Of a DNA stretch of 64,000 bases, positions 24,140-39,228 are shown one piece after another. Below the pieces are notes generated by a model. That model had not been told where the DNA came from. It worked only from the letters and a program-made list of their open reading frames with translations, and searched no databases. The DNA lies in NCBI GenBank assembly GCA_046563655.1, contig CM102288.1, positions 2,356,001 through 2,420,000 on the forward strand. Reading direction: 5' to 3'. The stretch comes from Yuukianura sp. NJ FZ-2021 (taxonomy: Eukaryota). The first letter of the stretch is position 1, and every line of letters starts with the position of its first letter. The translations under genes and the position numbers were made by a program.

Positions 24140-25659
24140 AATCAATTTTAATTTTGTTGTCACTTAAAATTTTTGAGTCAAAATTCAAATCATTTTTTAA
24201 AAAGAGCAATAACAGTTTTGTGGAATTTTACCTTCTTTCTTACTCAACAAAATATGGTAAATCCGTATTCCGTTTGTGTGTGAGAATCTGTGTAGAATCT
24301 GTATTGTAAATAACCGTGAGGTGGAATTTGGCTGAATTCCATTGTTGCTTAATAAGAAGCAAGAATAAATGAATCTTCTCCCCTCTCTTCTGCTGCATCT
24401 TCTCAAGCAATTGAAGATCATCGTGATCTTCACATTCCTCAAATTGTGAAGGACTTCACACGAGTTTTGGTTCTTCCCATTCAAACAGTTTCACTTTTCC
24501 ACCTGCCTGTGAAACACAAAACACAAAGAACGTTTTTAAAAAAGTTAGTTTTGTAAACTTTTGGAACATAACATAATGTTTAGTTTTTGGTGACCTTTGA
24601 CCTCTGAGCAGCACTGTGGAGTTTTTGTGGCAGTGGCTATGCCAAGCTTACTGGCTAGAAGATACAAGTATTTAGAAGAGGAAATTTATCCCGTTTGCTC
24701 CAATTGTGGACACGCAATTCCTGTAAGAAAATAAGGATTATAGTATCAATTAAGTATATTCAAATAAGTAAAGGAAATTAAATTTTGAAATCAATCTCTA
24801 AAAAATTTAAAACTTTTGGAATAACGTGGGGGTGACTGAATCATAAAGTTAAAAAAAGTTTAAAAACTAATAATAAACCCCAGAACAAGTTAAAAATAAA
24901 ATAATAAATTCCAAAAACATAAACTTGGAAACTCCAAAATGGCAATTTGGGGGGTGGGACAATTCAAATCTCTGAAAAATCGCAATTGTCATTTTTAATT
25001 CCTCCAAGACAAGTGGATTCCACCACACCCACATAACACTTCCATATAAAGTTCTGGACAGGATTCATAGATCACCTCATCATCTTGCTCCCCCACCCTC
25101 TGTATCTTCTTCCATTTTCAGAAATTTCTCATTTTTTTTAAATCTAAAACTAATTAAGGAAAATTTAAAAACGCCAAATTAATTCCTGAGAAGAAGTTGA
25201 AATTGCTTTATATCTCCCCTCATGAAATGGTTTTTGTAAACTAGATTGAAGTTTTCTACTCTATAATTTTCGTGTTTGTAAAAGACAAAAGAGAAAGTAT
25301 ATTGCAATTGCTGAGGAACCTGCAATAAAGTTGAATGCCTCAACCCCCCGGGAGACGAAGATGCTAACATGGGTGGGAACACCGTTGTTCAATTTATGTT
25401 ATCCGGTGAAACCGGTTACGGAATTACTGTAAGACGAGAGCCACCTCGAGAAACGAGGGGGGTTCAGCAATGCTCTTGCAAAAAAAAGTTGAAATTTCAA
25501 GTCAAAAATTGATTGAAAAGGTTCTTGCTACTTGTCTTGTTTCTGTAGTCGAGCAGTGAACTTGTGGCAAAATCGGTTTTCAAAATTTTGGATTTCATAA
25601 AAACGTTTTTTTAAAACTCCGTTTTTTAAAAACAGGCGCCTAAACAAAGTTGGTGGAAA

Positions 25660-27623
25660 ATGACCTCGGGTGACCCAAGTCCGTCCCGTTCTCAACCAAT
25701 GTTTGGTGTCGTGAAATCTCCGAAGCATTTTCTAACCTGGTCAGCTACAGCAGCTAATCACAAACTCCAAAAGTTGAGTAAAAGTTTAGCCCAAAATGTG
25801 TCCCGACTTCAATCCAAAGTTGACAAGGTATTCCAGAATCCCGGACAGAATCCAGCTGAGAACGTGCTGACCACGGAATCGCTGAATTCTAGAATATCCG
25901 ATGGAGCGACGACGCGAACGCAGCGACATTCCAGTAATAACGAAGACGACGCACAGGAACACCAGCATCTTCTGGCTGTTAACAACGTTCATGTCGCTGT
26001 GGTGCATAACTTGAACTTAACTAAAGGTCAAATTCCAAAGCGAAACAACATTGACCTGACGAAGGTCAACAACCATGGCAGTCCACCGTTGTCTTCTCCT
26101 CCACCGCTGATTTCAAATCACTGGAAAGACGTCGCTTGTCGGTCAAGATCTAGACAAAAATTTGATTTTGAAGAACTGGAGAAAGACGTGTCAAAAAGTT
26201 TTGACATTTTTGAACTCACTGCTGTGAAGACAGATGACCTTGACCAGTCAATTCCAACTGGGGAGCACAGTAAAGTCGAAAGGTCATCGAGGTCAAGCGA
26301 TACTACTGGAAGTGACGAGTCTCACGGTGCGTCCACGGTGTCTCCACTGTCACCACATTGGTAAGCTCCAGTATATTTCAATTCCAATTTTGTTTTAAAC
26401 TTGTTTAGAATCTTAAAATCTAAAAAACTTAAAATCTTGTTTGAACAGCAGTAGTCGCTCCAGTTCCTGGACATCCACTGCTACCGATGCTGTTTTGTTT
26501 CCGGACGTGGTCAGCAACCAATCAAGTTGTACTGCTCCAGCATCTGTTCAGGCCAATCAAGTTGACCTTGGTGACCTCACGAGTTCAACTTCTGCTGTAA
26601 AAGCACCATCCGAACTGAGTCTGCGCGTACTCGAGGCAGAACCGGAACTCCGCCAAGCCGCTTGGTTTCACGCTGGAATTCCTCGGTAGGGCATTATATA
26701 GTCCAGGAACGATCTAGCACAAAACATATTTTAAAAATTTCATTTTTAGGTTTAATTTTTCAAAAAATTCTTGAATTTTTTTTTGAAATCTTACAGTGAA
26801 GTTGCATTGGAGATTCTGAAAAACGAACCAGTGGGATCCTTCGTCGTGAGAGAGTCATCAACACGCTGTGGGTGCTTTGCCCTGTCGCTTCGTGTCCCGC
26901 CAGACTTCCAACCGACCGGAATTGCCCACTACCTCATCATTCGAAACAAGGGCTACAAAATCAAGGTAAAAAATACAAGTTAGCATAAGAAGTCAAATCC
27001 ATAACATAACAAAGTAAAAGTTAACAAAAAATTGGTCAAAATCTTCCGAATCCTCCTTCATCCTGTCGTGATTCGTGCTTCAACAAATTTTCCCATTGTT
27101 ACAGTCTTGATCTTCCTCCAGGGAGGAATTCATAAAGATAGTTTTCAAGTGGAAACATTCCAATGGAACAAAAAATGTGTTCAAAATCTCTGTGTTCTCA
27201 ATCTAAGTTTTCAAAAAAAATGAAAGGAGATCTTGACTTGAGACACCCAGTCCATAAAATCTCTTTTTTGAAGAGTTAACATTTTAAGCGTCTCAAATGT
27301 CATGATTTAAGCCTTTCTGGGCGGTCCGAAATCTTATAAGTAGGATTCATTGTATTTTTTGTTAGGTTATTGTTTCAACCTAACTTTTTTTTTGAAAATT
27401 GTAGGGTTTTACAAAAGAATTTGGAACTCTGACGTCACTGGTTACGCATCATTCAGTAATGCCAGAGATGCTGCCCTGCCCGCTCTACCGATCCGCGCCG
27501 CCGCCCAGCATCAGTAGAACAAATTCGGCAGATTTCATGGAACCTGAAAAACTTTTTGCAGTTAGTCCAAAAATTCAACATGCTGCAAGTGCAAGTGAAG
27601 CCTGGAAATGTACAGAATTTTGA
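25660..27623 (+). CDS. SH2-domain adaptor with long Ser-rich N-terminus (EGFRAP/PVRAP-like)
   Basis: WFHAGIPR|EVALEILKNEPVGSFVVRESSTRCGCFALSLRVP...IAHYLII...KIK|GFTKEFGTLTSLVTHHSVMPEMLPCPL, with a FLVRES-like SH2 core; 4 coding exons. Confidence 0.82.
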
Positions 27624-27982
27624 GACTTCCAAATTTTGAATTTGAGAAATTTCAAAATTTCAGTTTAACAAAAGACATCTTTGAAACGCTACCTCTTCAT
27701 TTTATACTAACTCAGACCTAGTCTTTTTTTGAAAATTAAAAATGAATTTCGTGCCGGAAAATTTCAAATTGTGGAAGACAGAGATGGACGTGTCTTGCAA
27801 TTTATTTCGAACAGCTAGATAGTGATTGACCGCTCAATTAAATTCTAATGTAACTAGAAGCAATTCATGCGTGATGTTAACATTTTGATAAGATTTTTAA
27901 ACTGACTTTGCTGCTGTAAGGTTGACTATTTCAGGTCAGCATATTGTCCTACCCCTGTAGTTTTTAAACTCTTGGGGTAATT

Positions 27983-29437
<1,455 letters not shown>

Positions 29438-30441
29438 CGTGGATTTCTAAAAATAGAAGATCATGTAACTTATTTACAGCTCCAGCTCCAGTTTATCTCT
29501 GTGGCTATGAATGAATGAGTACGACAATGGCACTTCCAATATTCAGCAACTTATCGTCTAAACTATCTATTGTCGCTTAAAGTACAATAATTAGACTTCA
29601 GAATAGTTAATTAAATTGACTTACGATTGAGTTAATTGAGAAGAGATCCGTCCAGTTCAAAAGTAAAATGGAGAAGAGCAGTTCCAAAGGGAAGAAGGGC
29701 GTGAGATGAAATTTCGCTTGGAGAATATCCAAGTGCAAAAAAGTCACTCGAGAGACAGATGGAAACGGAATTCAGACATCTGCACCCACTACCAATACCA
29801 TTTAATATTGACAAAAAAATGTTGCAATCGTTTAGATGCATAACTTCTTTCATAAGTAATTTTTCATAAGCTATATTTTATAATATTTTATAAGTAATTT
29901 TTAATTAACATAGATTGCAACTCCGAGCCACATCGATTATTAATTTGGCATAACTCCAAATCGTTTGCGACATCGCGAAATGTGCAAATGTCTAAAAACT
30001 TGAAGAGGGGGTGTAGCCATAAGCTCAGCGGGTGTCCAGGAACCCGGCTGATTGACTTTGGTCCGTGGTCAAGGTCAAGGTGGCTAACGCCTGTCCAACA
30101 GGCACATTATCACGTGTATTTTTTCCTGGACATTAACCAATTGCGTAAGCAACGCAGACAAAACAATTTATCTTCGTCATTGCCGTAATTGTCCAATTAT
30201 TTACCTTGCTTTGGCTTATCTTCGTGCAATCTGAATCTGGGGGAGCTGTCTGTGGGACACGAGAACGAGAACAATTTCATAAAAATCAATACCTACTAAA
30301 GGTCACAGGTTAGTTAACCCATGCTAAAATAAACTAAGAATCTGGGTCAACTGAATTCAGACCATCGGTCAATCAGCTGTTAGATTGATGGAAACCGGAA
30401 ACAGAACCGAAATTCGATTTTTTTTTGTGTTTTAGACAATC

Positions 30442-31932
30442 ATGGGTTCGGATAAAGCCGGCGCTCCAGCACACATTCCGAATGGAATCAAGTTCCTCTT
30501 CGGTGGATCTGCAGGGTAAGATTAATTTACAAATGTTGAGATTAATGATTCAGAAGCTAACACGGTCCAATTTTTGAACAGGATGGCTGCAACGCTGTTT
30601 GTCCAGGCAAGAAATGTTCTGCAATTCTTTTATAAATTACAGAAACTGGATAGATTTTTAACAATTTGTGTTTCCTCCGCAGCCTTTGGATCTTGTGAAG
30701 AATCGAATGCAGTTGAGCGGTGTCGGAAGTGGAAAGAAGGAGTACACATCCAGTGTGAACGCTTTTGTCACCATTTTAAGAAAAGAGGGCGTTTTTGGCA
30801 TGTACTCGGGCCTTTCCGCTGGCCTCCTACGACAAGCCACTTACACCACAACACGATTAGGAATCTATACTTGGCTATTTGAAATGTTTTCAAGGTAAAA
30901 CAAGTATAACACAATCCCGCGACAATGCACTGCTAACGAATTATTACTGCTGGCTTACTTTAGTCCGGATGGCAAACCTCCTTCCTTCTTTATGAAAGCC
31001 GGTCTGGCAATGACTGCCGGTACGGCTGGTGCTTTCGTCGGAACTCCTGCTGAGGTAAAAATGGCAATGTTTGCCACCGAACTAAAATCGTTTTCTGACG
31101 GATGTAGTTGTATTAGGTGGCGCTCATCAGAATGACGGCTGACGGTCGCCTTCCAGTTGCCGAACGACGAAATTACTCAAATGTGTTCAATGCTCTAGCA
31201 AGAATTGTTAGGGAGGAAGGTGTTCTAGCGCTCTGGAGAGGAGCCATTCCCACGATGGTACATTTTTTGCAACAATTTTAAAAAACGTACTGCCTGTTTC
31301 ATTCCTTGTTTGACTCGACTAATTTCTTCTGTTCCAGGCACGTGCTATGGTCGTAAACGCTTCACAGTTAGCATCATATTCTCAAGCAAAACAAATCCTA
31401 CTATCGTCAGGTACTCATGCACTCACACTTAAATTGAAAAACTTAGAATAATCTAGTCAATTAGCAACTAACCAACCGTTAATTTCTTCTAACGGTTCCG
31501 TTCATTTCCTTTTACAGGGTACTTCAAGGATAACATATTTCTCCATTTCTGCTCAAGCATGATATCCGGGCTAATTACCACGGTAAGAACAAGATTGCAA
31601 TGACGTGCGATAATTCAACTTATTTTAAATCTTAATTCATTCGTAACGTTCTACTTGAAAACATTTAGGCGACGTCTATGCCGCTCGACATTGCCAAAAC
31701 GAGGATTCAGAACATGAAGATAATCGACGGAAAACCAGAGTACCGTGGAGCTGGAGATGTCATTATCAAGGTCATTCGAAACGAAGGCGTATTTTCACTC
31801 TGGAAAGGATTTAGTCCAACTTACCTCAGAATCGGTCCACACACAGTCCTCACGTTCATCTTCTTGGAACAAATGAACAAATCATACAAGAAGTATGTCC
31901 TGGGAGACACCAGTGGAGGAGGAGGCCTTTAA
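30442..31932 (+). CDS. SLC25A11: Mitochondrial 2-oxoglutarate/malate carrier
   Basis: Three PxD/ExxxxR carrier signatures (PLDLVKNRMQ, PAEVALIRM, PLDIAKTRIQ), AGLLRQATYTTTRLG, RIGPHTVLTFIFLEQM. Confidence 0.95.
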
Positions 31933-32437
31933 GAAAAAAAATTCCAATATTTAGTCATATCCAGGAAGAAACGAGATTAATCAACTAATTGCAGTCAACA
32001 CGATTTACCAATTCAGTCCCTCCGGCCACACCTTGCCAAAGAATACTTGAAGAAGATGAACTTCTGAAATAGAAGTTCTGATTATCATAGTTTTAGCAGT
32101 ATAAATCTAGAAATCGTGAGTCTCAAATGGTTAGTGAGAGATACTTTAGTAACTGGCCATTGATTTTTGTAACGTTAAGTCCAATTCTACAAAAACTAGT
32201 CGATGGGCGTAGTGACACGTGATATGATATTTGAGCAAGGCTTTAATCTAAGTTTTAAAACAAAAGTGTTCCAGAATCTAAAAAAAATTGCAGTAACAAT
32301 CGTAAAACAAATTCTATCACAAAGTAAAACAAAACTAATACAATCCCTGATTTAGCAAAAGCATTAAGTACAAATTAGTTAATTAACTAATTTAGTTAAG
32401 TAACCAATTAAGTACAAATTTCAAGGTTATTGTCAGT

Positions 32438-34398
32438 CTAAGTATGGCAAGCGTCTTTAAAATTTATGACCCCCTTGGGGAACGGGTCAAAGTAGGAATC
32501 ATGGAAAAATCTGACTAGAGATTCCAGTGGACACAAGTCCACTGCTTGTCCCGTTTTGTCATTAGCCACAAAAGCATCATGACAAAAGTCAATCAAATGG
32601 GTAATGGCCTCACCATTATAAACAAAGCGCAGGAAATGTTTTCTTGGTGAATTGTCCGGTAGAGTTGTCCAGCGATAGATTTCAATTATGAGTCTAGAAG
32701 CGTACGGAAGTAGGTTGAGATCAGGGTGACCATTGATAAGACCAAGGGCTCCTAGAAGTCCTTGTAGAGTCTTGTCATGTCCAGACAAAAGAGCTACGCG
32801 ACTTCTGATTGGTTCATTACTTCCGGATGGTCCACTGCTGGTCATGCGTAGAGCCAAGTTGAGTATTTCTTTGACGAGACCATACGAACTGAGGAGGGCG
32901 TGTTTGTGCTGTTCAATGGCTTCTTTGATTCCTTGATTTTCTAGTTCAATTAGATCTATGAGCCTTTGAAGCTGTTCTGGAGTGACACAGTCACGAGTTT
33001 TGGATTTCCATTGACGACGTCGGCGACAAGGAAGAGGCGACTGGTGACATGAGTAAACCAGTAAAGAGTCTAGTAGGGATACACCAGTTTTCTTAACTTT
33101 CCCGAGTTGCAGCATCGAGTTCAATTCGGAAACGAGTTTGTACATTTCTTGTTTATCTGTTTGAAATCACAAAAGTTGGTCAATTTGTGTTGAAAATTTG
33201 AATTTGGGAATGACCTTTGACCTTACCCTGCTTCGTAGGAAGCTTTGACTTAGCAATTGCTGCTCTCTTCAGTCCTTCTGCAGCCTTACATGAACAATGG
33301 TTGAAGCAGAAAGCGGTGCTCTGTGATTCTGTAATCGTTACGGTGGGAACGATGCCTTGTGGACCTAAAAGTCCATATAGTAAAGCCAGAAGGCTCTGAA
33401 AAGTTCTTCTGTATCGTGTTGCATATGCGGTGATCTTGACCCCTTGAAGTGACCCGTTGCCGAACAATCCACTGGAGTCATAAGTAGCCCTTATAACTTT
33501 TCCGAGTGTCAGCAACTGTATAATCCCTTTGGTTGTAAGCTGGCCTAAACTGCAGTCGTTTGAAGGAGTCCTTGGTAGACTATGAAAGGGACCAACAAAC
33601 TGTGGATAACCGGGTAACTTGCCCATGTCACCAAGAAATCGGATCATCTCTGCATGTTCTGGATGAGAGTCGCTGCAGTTGATTTTTGAAAAGTTTCTAT
33701 GTCCAAGGTGTGACAGTGGACCACGATCACCGTGACGAAAGAGAACCATGATCGCTTCCAATTTGAAATCAGGATGCTTGAAATCTAGAAAAGTAGAAAA
33801 GTCAAACTAGAAATCTAGAAACCTTTTTTTGAAGTCGATCAATCACTTAAAACTAAAACGATTATGCTCACACTCTTCCTTGGCTTTGATTAGTTCTTTC
33901 CGGTTGCACAGCCTTTCAATCGAGGTCAAAACAACTGGTGCTTTCGGTTTCTGTTCTTCGACATCAATTTCAACACCGTACTTTGAAGTAAATGGGTGAC
34001 CACCGTCGTACTGTCGCAGTACATCCGGATAATCGTCAACTTCCAGAGCATTGTCATCATAAAGGTCACCCAGATTCAAGTCACTTTCGACTCCGACGAC
34101 TCCATGGGGCTGTGACCTCGGTTGATTACTTTGTTCGGGATAACGTAGAACGTAAACCCTGCGACCGATTTCTGCCAGGAGCCAGTATAGACCTATGGAT
34201 TCCATAAAAACGAATCAATTCAGTTTTAAAAATTCATTATCATTCATAACTTTGAAATTCTGAAATTAAAAAATTGTTGTAAAAAAGTTTTGTCTACGTA
34301 CCTGTTGTAACAATTAAAACCCATAAAATAATTAACAGATGACAGTTAGCCGGAAGCCCTTTCTGTAACGAAATGATTGGGCACCGGAACTTTCGCAT
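32438..34398 (-). CDS. PXYLP1: Histidine acid phosphatase, 2-phosphoxylose phosphatase 1-like (type II membrane)
   Basis: RHGDRGP catalytic motif, GQLT, YRRTFQS, SGHDKT, PYASRLIIEIY, LRFVYNG; N-terminal TM in exon 1 (ATG 34398 inferred). Confidence 0.85.
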
Positions 34399-35581
34399 AG
34401 TTGACCTCTGGTGACCCGTCTCAGATAAAAACTTGTCAAATCTCAGCTTGATGAATCTTGCAAGCCGGGATACTGCATCTGTTCGGTATTGATTTAGTAA
34501 TCATCGTCTTCCTGTAAAAACCAAGTAAACACTGCAAACACTATAAACTCAATGAAAATCAATTGATAAAACAAAAATCAATTAACCTACTTTCTCAGGC
34601 GCCGAATACTCAAGAAGGCACTCGGAGCCTCCTGTCAATGTCAACTAAAGAAAAACAACAAACAAAGGAAGGGTGAGACGAATTTGACACCACAGTTCAC
34701 GAAAATCTTTCATCAGAACACTTCAATTTTAATTAACTTACAATCTTGATTACTTTCGTATTAATCGATTACCAAAGTAAACTCAATTACAGTCCTTGTA
34801 GCAGACGATAACATTCAAATCTTACTACCTTCGCAATACTCTTGACATGGACAGGTCGCGCACCTCATTACTCACCGAAATCCAAATGCCAAAGTGACAT
34901 CTTTCAATTTTAGATTTTAAAGTGCTTGCCGCTTAACGCTCATGCAATATTAAATTTTGAAACAATTTCTATATTTTGGGCCAAAAGTTTATTTTGAAAG
35001 AGAAAATGTGTCTTTTCAATTTCGGAAATTCTGATCAAAGGGACTAAGTTTAAATTAAATTTAAATCGTCAATTACCTCCTCAATTAGCTTAAATTTATC
35101 ACAATCAATTAATATGTAGCATTTATGTGCGTATGCGTTTCTTAACCATTTAGTTCGTATACAATCTGTAGCAGGTAGCCAGACCTCATCATCACTCCAG
35201 ATTTATCCATTTGTTTCATCAGGTACATTCCAAAAAATGCTACTTTGTCCGTTTTTTAAAATTTGAAATTGTAAAAACTAACAGCACACTATTGTTACAC
35301 TTTTTCTTTGAAAATTTTAACACCTTTTTAGGTTAAGTTTTACAACCTTAGTAATTAACAAGTTGAGGTGAAAGCCAGCTTTCTCCAAGATTTAACAATT
35401 GCAACAGTGTTAACAGCTTCAGTCACATTTCGGACAAACTGCTTTCAATCGAGCGAAATGACCAAAACTGTTGTAAGTTATTCCAACAACCACAAAATCC
35501 AAACCATAGGCTTCCATAACGTTAATATAGGGAAGGAAAATGCTAAACTTGAGTAATTGACCTTTGACCTTAAAAAATGGT

Positions 35582-38500
35582 TTAAGACCAGAGGACACAT
35601 TTGTTTGCCGGATTCATGTCAGTTCCAGTGGGACAGTTGAAGAATTGTCCAAAATGCTTGTTGTTCATAGCAACTCCCTGAGTCCGAAATTGACCTGGAG
35701 CGTGTGTGTCACGCACGTACTGCTGGTAGCCTTCTTTGTTGACAATTTCACACCAAATCTGCAAAATCCAAACAGAAAGTTTACTTTTGACCTTGAGATT
35801 TTAGATGTCATGAAAGTTGTCTTCACCTGAGCATATGCCATGTAGAAAATCTGTGGAATGGTGTAGTTGACCCCTGGTAAGCCTCTTTCTGCTCCATGAT
35901 CTTTGACCCAGAGGTCATAGGCTAACCAACTAACACGCAGAGCAGAGTTGTCGCAGATATTATCTGCTAACGTATAGTTCCCATCCACAAGTTTCTGAAT
36001 CACTGGCATTTCAAATCGAGCGTATTGCTCTGTAAAGCAAATCGCTTGGTTCCGAAATCCTGTCACCACTTCATCTAAAACATTCAAAATCAAAAAAAGA
36101 CAACAATTTCGTAAAATAATTAAGAATCATGAACTCTGACCTGGCCACCAAACGGTAAAGTTCCCATTCTTGTCATAGAAGCGTCCATGATGGTCGAATC
36201 CATGAGTCAGCTCATGCGCTAGCACGATTCCCAAATTGGCAAAGTTGAGGTACATCGGATATCCGGGAGAGTACATTGGGTAGCGCAAAATTCCTAATGG
36301 GACCACTAAGATTTAAAAAGAAAACGATGAGCTGTGTACATTTTTCAAAAATTTGAATCAGTGGAATGTTTTTACCGATTTCGTTAGCTGCTGGATAATG
36401 AAAAGCATTTGCAACAAGGGGCAAAATAATCCAATCCCTGGAAAAATCAGAATTTTCTAACCAATCAAATTAAAAACATTTTTGGTATCTAATTTTTCAC
36501 AAAATTCATAAAAGATTTCTAATTCTAACGCCCTGATATTTGCTAACTTTTCTTTGTCGACTGGTTGATTCACTCTGCGAATTTCTTTTAGCACTTCAAA
36601 CTTCCTCAGCTTCAGAATGTTCATCAGAAAATATTCTTCGTTAACTTCCAACTAAAATCCAAAAGTTACACTTTTTTGGATTTTGTTTTCAAAATTTGAA
36701 ATAATCAATTTAACCTTACCCCTTCGTATTCCTTTTCCAGTGCAACTTTGTCAAAAATGTAAGACGGATAACCAATTTTTCGGCGCATAAGGACGAGCTG
36801 CACAAAAAAATTGAAACACATTTTTAACTCCAGTGTAAATTTTTTTCTACCCAAATTACCCCTACATGAGCAACTGGATTCACAAAGTTACGGATTCACA
36901 GGATTTATAATTTTTAACATAAAAAAAGTGTTTTTCCTACATTTGAACAAGTTTAAGTTTTTTTGTTTACCTTTTGAACAAGATCCATTTTGAAGTACTC
37001 CGGAACCCACGTTTGTTCATGAATTACTTGAACAAAGGCTTGCTTGAGATATTGCATCATTTCTTCCACTTTCTCTATGGCTCCTTCACTTTCTTTTGAA
37101 TTCTGGACGTAGAGATTGGCCAAAGCAAGTCCAAACCCATCATTCACAATACTCGCACACTGTTTCCATCTGAACAAAGGAAAAGAAAGTTTTGCTTTCA
37201 CTTTACACTTGAAAAACTTTAAAGTGCAGACATTTATCTGGAACGCTTTGGATAAAAACCTGGACAGATGAAGTTTCTCTTCATTCGTATCCGGCACATC
37301 CTTCATGAATTCCATCCAGATCAGTTGAAACTTGTTTCCAAGGAACGGCATGTAGCGAAACACAAAACGCCAAAGGAGATAATTAGTAACGGTTCTGAAA
37401 TGAACCAAAAAACGTAAGATTAGTATGCAGAAATTGCCATTCTTTGTCAAAAGACATTGATTTTTCAAAAAACAAAAAAATAGAAATTTTTACATTTTCT
37501 AATTTTAATTCACCTTTTGTCTGTTTTCTCCACAAGTGAAATCAGATTTGGAAAGAAATCTGAGCAGTGGAAGTAGACAACCATGTCGTCCGTAACGTTT
37601 TTCTTGAGCCCCAAAGTGTCAAACAAATTTTGAACCAAAATTGTCCAGTTAATCTGTTCAAAAAATTGAAAGTTAGAATTATGAGTTTGACATTTTCTTA
37701 TTTCAAAACCGAATTTTGCTTTCTTACCTGTGGTAACTTTCCCGAAATTTCGTGAAGTGTGACATGTCCATAATCGTCTTCGACAACATCGTACTCGCCA
37801 CCATCCAAATGACACTTGGAATTTTGCACATTCTAAAAATCAAAAGACTTTTTTGAGAAATTGATTTTGAAAAAAACTTTCCAAAAAGTGAAAAGACCTT
37901 GGCAAATTCCGTTTCAAAATCCAGAATAGCCTCGACATCGTCCAAGACCGATGACCCTAGCTTTCCATGGCTCAAAATCAAAACAGATTCCAGCAGAAGA
38001 CGTTTGTAGGCTCTCACGTATACGACGTAGTCTGGCTGACTTGTGTTCAGAAAAAATCCAGCAGCCATTCCTGGTTCTCCTTTGTAAAACTGAAATTTCA
38101 AAAAATTTCAAAAACATGATTCAAAAATTCAACTGAAAAGCAGAAGTTCGGGAGAAACGTTTTCACCTCAAGTAAATATTTGCTCGGATCCGTTTCATCT
38201 GGAGCGACATAGAGCCTGAGGATGTTTTGAACTTGGTGTCCAAAAAGTTGTGCAAAAAGCCTTTCCAAATTAAATTCCGAAGCGTTCCAGCCCACTCCTT
38301 GCAGAATTGGCCAATTTCCAACTCCGTCTTTTGTCAGGACAGAATAAATTGGCAAATCTTTGTAGTCAGAGTAGTGCGAAGTTCGAAAACTGTTGTGCAT
38401 GCAGGACGAGTAGAGTTGTCGGGCTTTCTTGATTCCCAAATTGTCATGTTCTGAGCCAGGTTGATCAATTAGTTCTGAAAAACGAAAAACAAAATCCTCA

Positions 38501-39228
38501 TTTTTCAAAAAATACACAAAGAATGTGTGAAACACGCATAAACTTGGAATTTAGTGTGCAGCGATAGCAAATATTTTAAAGCTAAACTTTAAAATGGCAA
38601 CAAAAAAAAAACCCAAAACTCGAAAAGTGTTTCACTTACTCTTGATATCAACGAGGAGCGTTTCATGCATCTCGGAAAGCGTCGATCGCTGAAATCCATC
38701 ATCCGGAACTTCGTTCTTGGCTAGAAAACTTCCACAACTAAACTCATAAAAGTCATGGCATGGGTCATGACTTGAATTTAAACGACGGAGGATCCGAGAC
38801 GCCGCTTGCATACAAATTGGGCTCGTGCAGACCTCCTTCTCCTGCTGCTGTCCAACATCAGCAGCGTCGTCGGAAGTATTTTGAAGCGTTTCAGCGTTCC
38901 AGCTTCTTTTGGTAGAAAATCTAATGAGATCCAAGTTCCATCCAACTAAGACAGCCAGTAGAGGCAGAAGCAGTCCGAGAGCAAACCAGAGTGCTGGGAA
39001 TGTTCGGTGACCTGGATCCTTGATTCGCACTTTTCTGCCAGCACTTTGGCCTTTTGACACGAGTCGCGGAACGAGAGTTATTGCTGGGTAGATTCTGCTA
39101 CTGTTGAGATGGAAAGTTGACAGCGGTGGAGGTGTTGCTGGTGGGAGATTGACGGTGCTTATAGAAGATACTGACTGATCAGGGATTAAGGACGAGAGGG
39201 AACTGTGTTTTAGTTGTGATGGATCCAT
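35582..39228 (-). CDS. M13 family metalloendopeptidase (neprilysin-like), type II membrane protein
   Basis: DPCHDFYEFSCG, NYLLWRFV, ANAFH, LAHELTHGFD (HExxH), HAPGQFR, C-terminal CVLW; start codon uncertain (39228 or 39251). Confidence 0.92.

Noticed and set aside
34430..34504. Short upstream ORFs in the PXYLP1 5' region
   Set aside because: They are present, but the TSS and start codon are only inferred and such short ORFs arise by chance.
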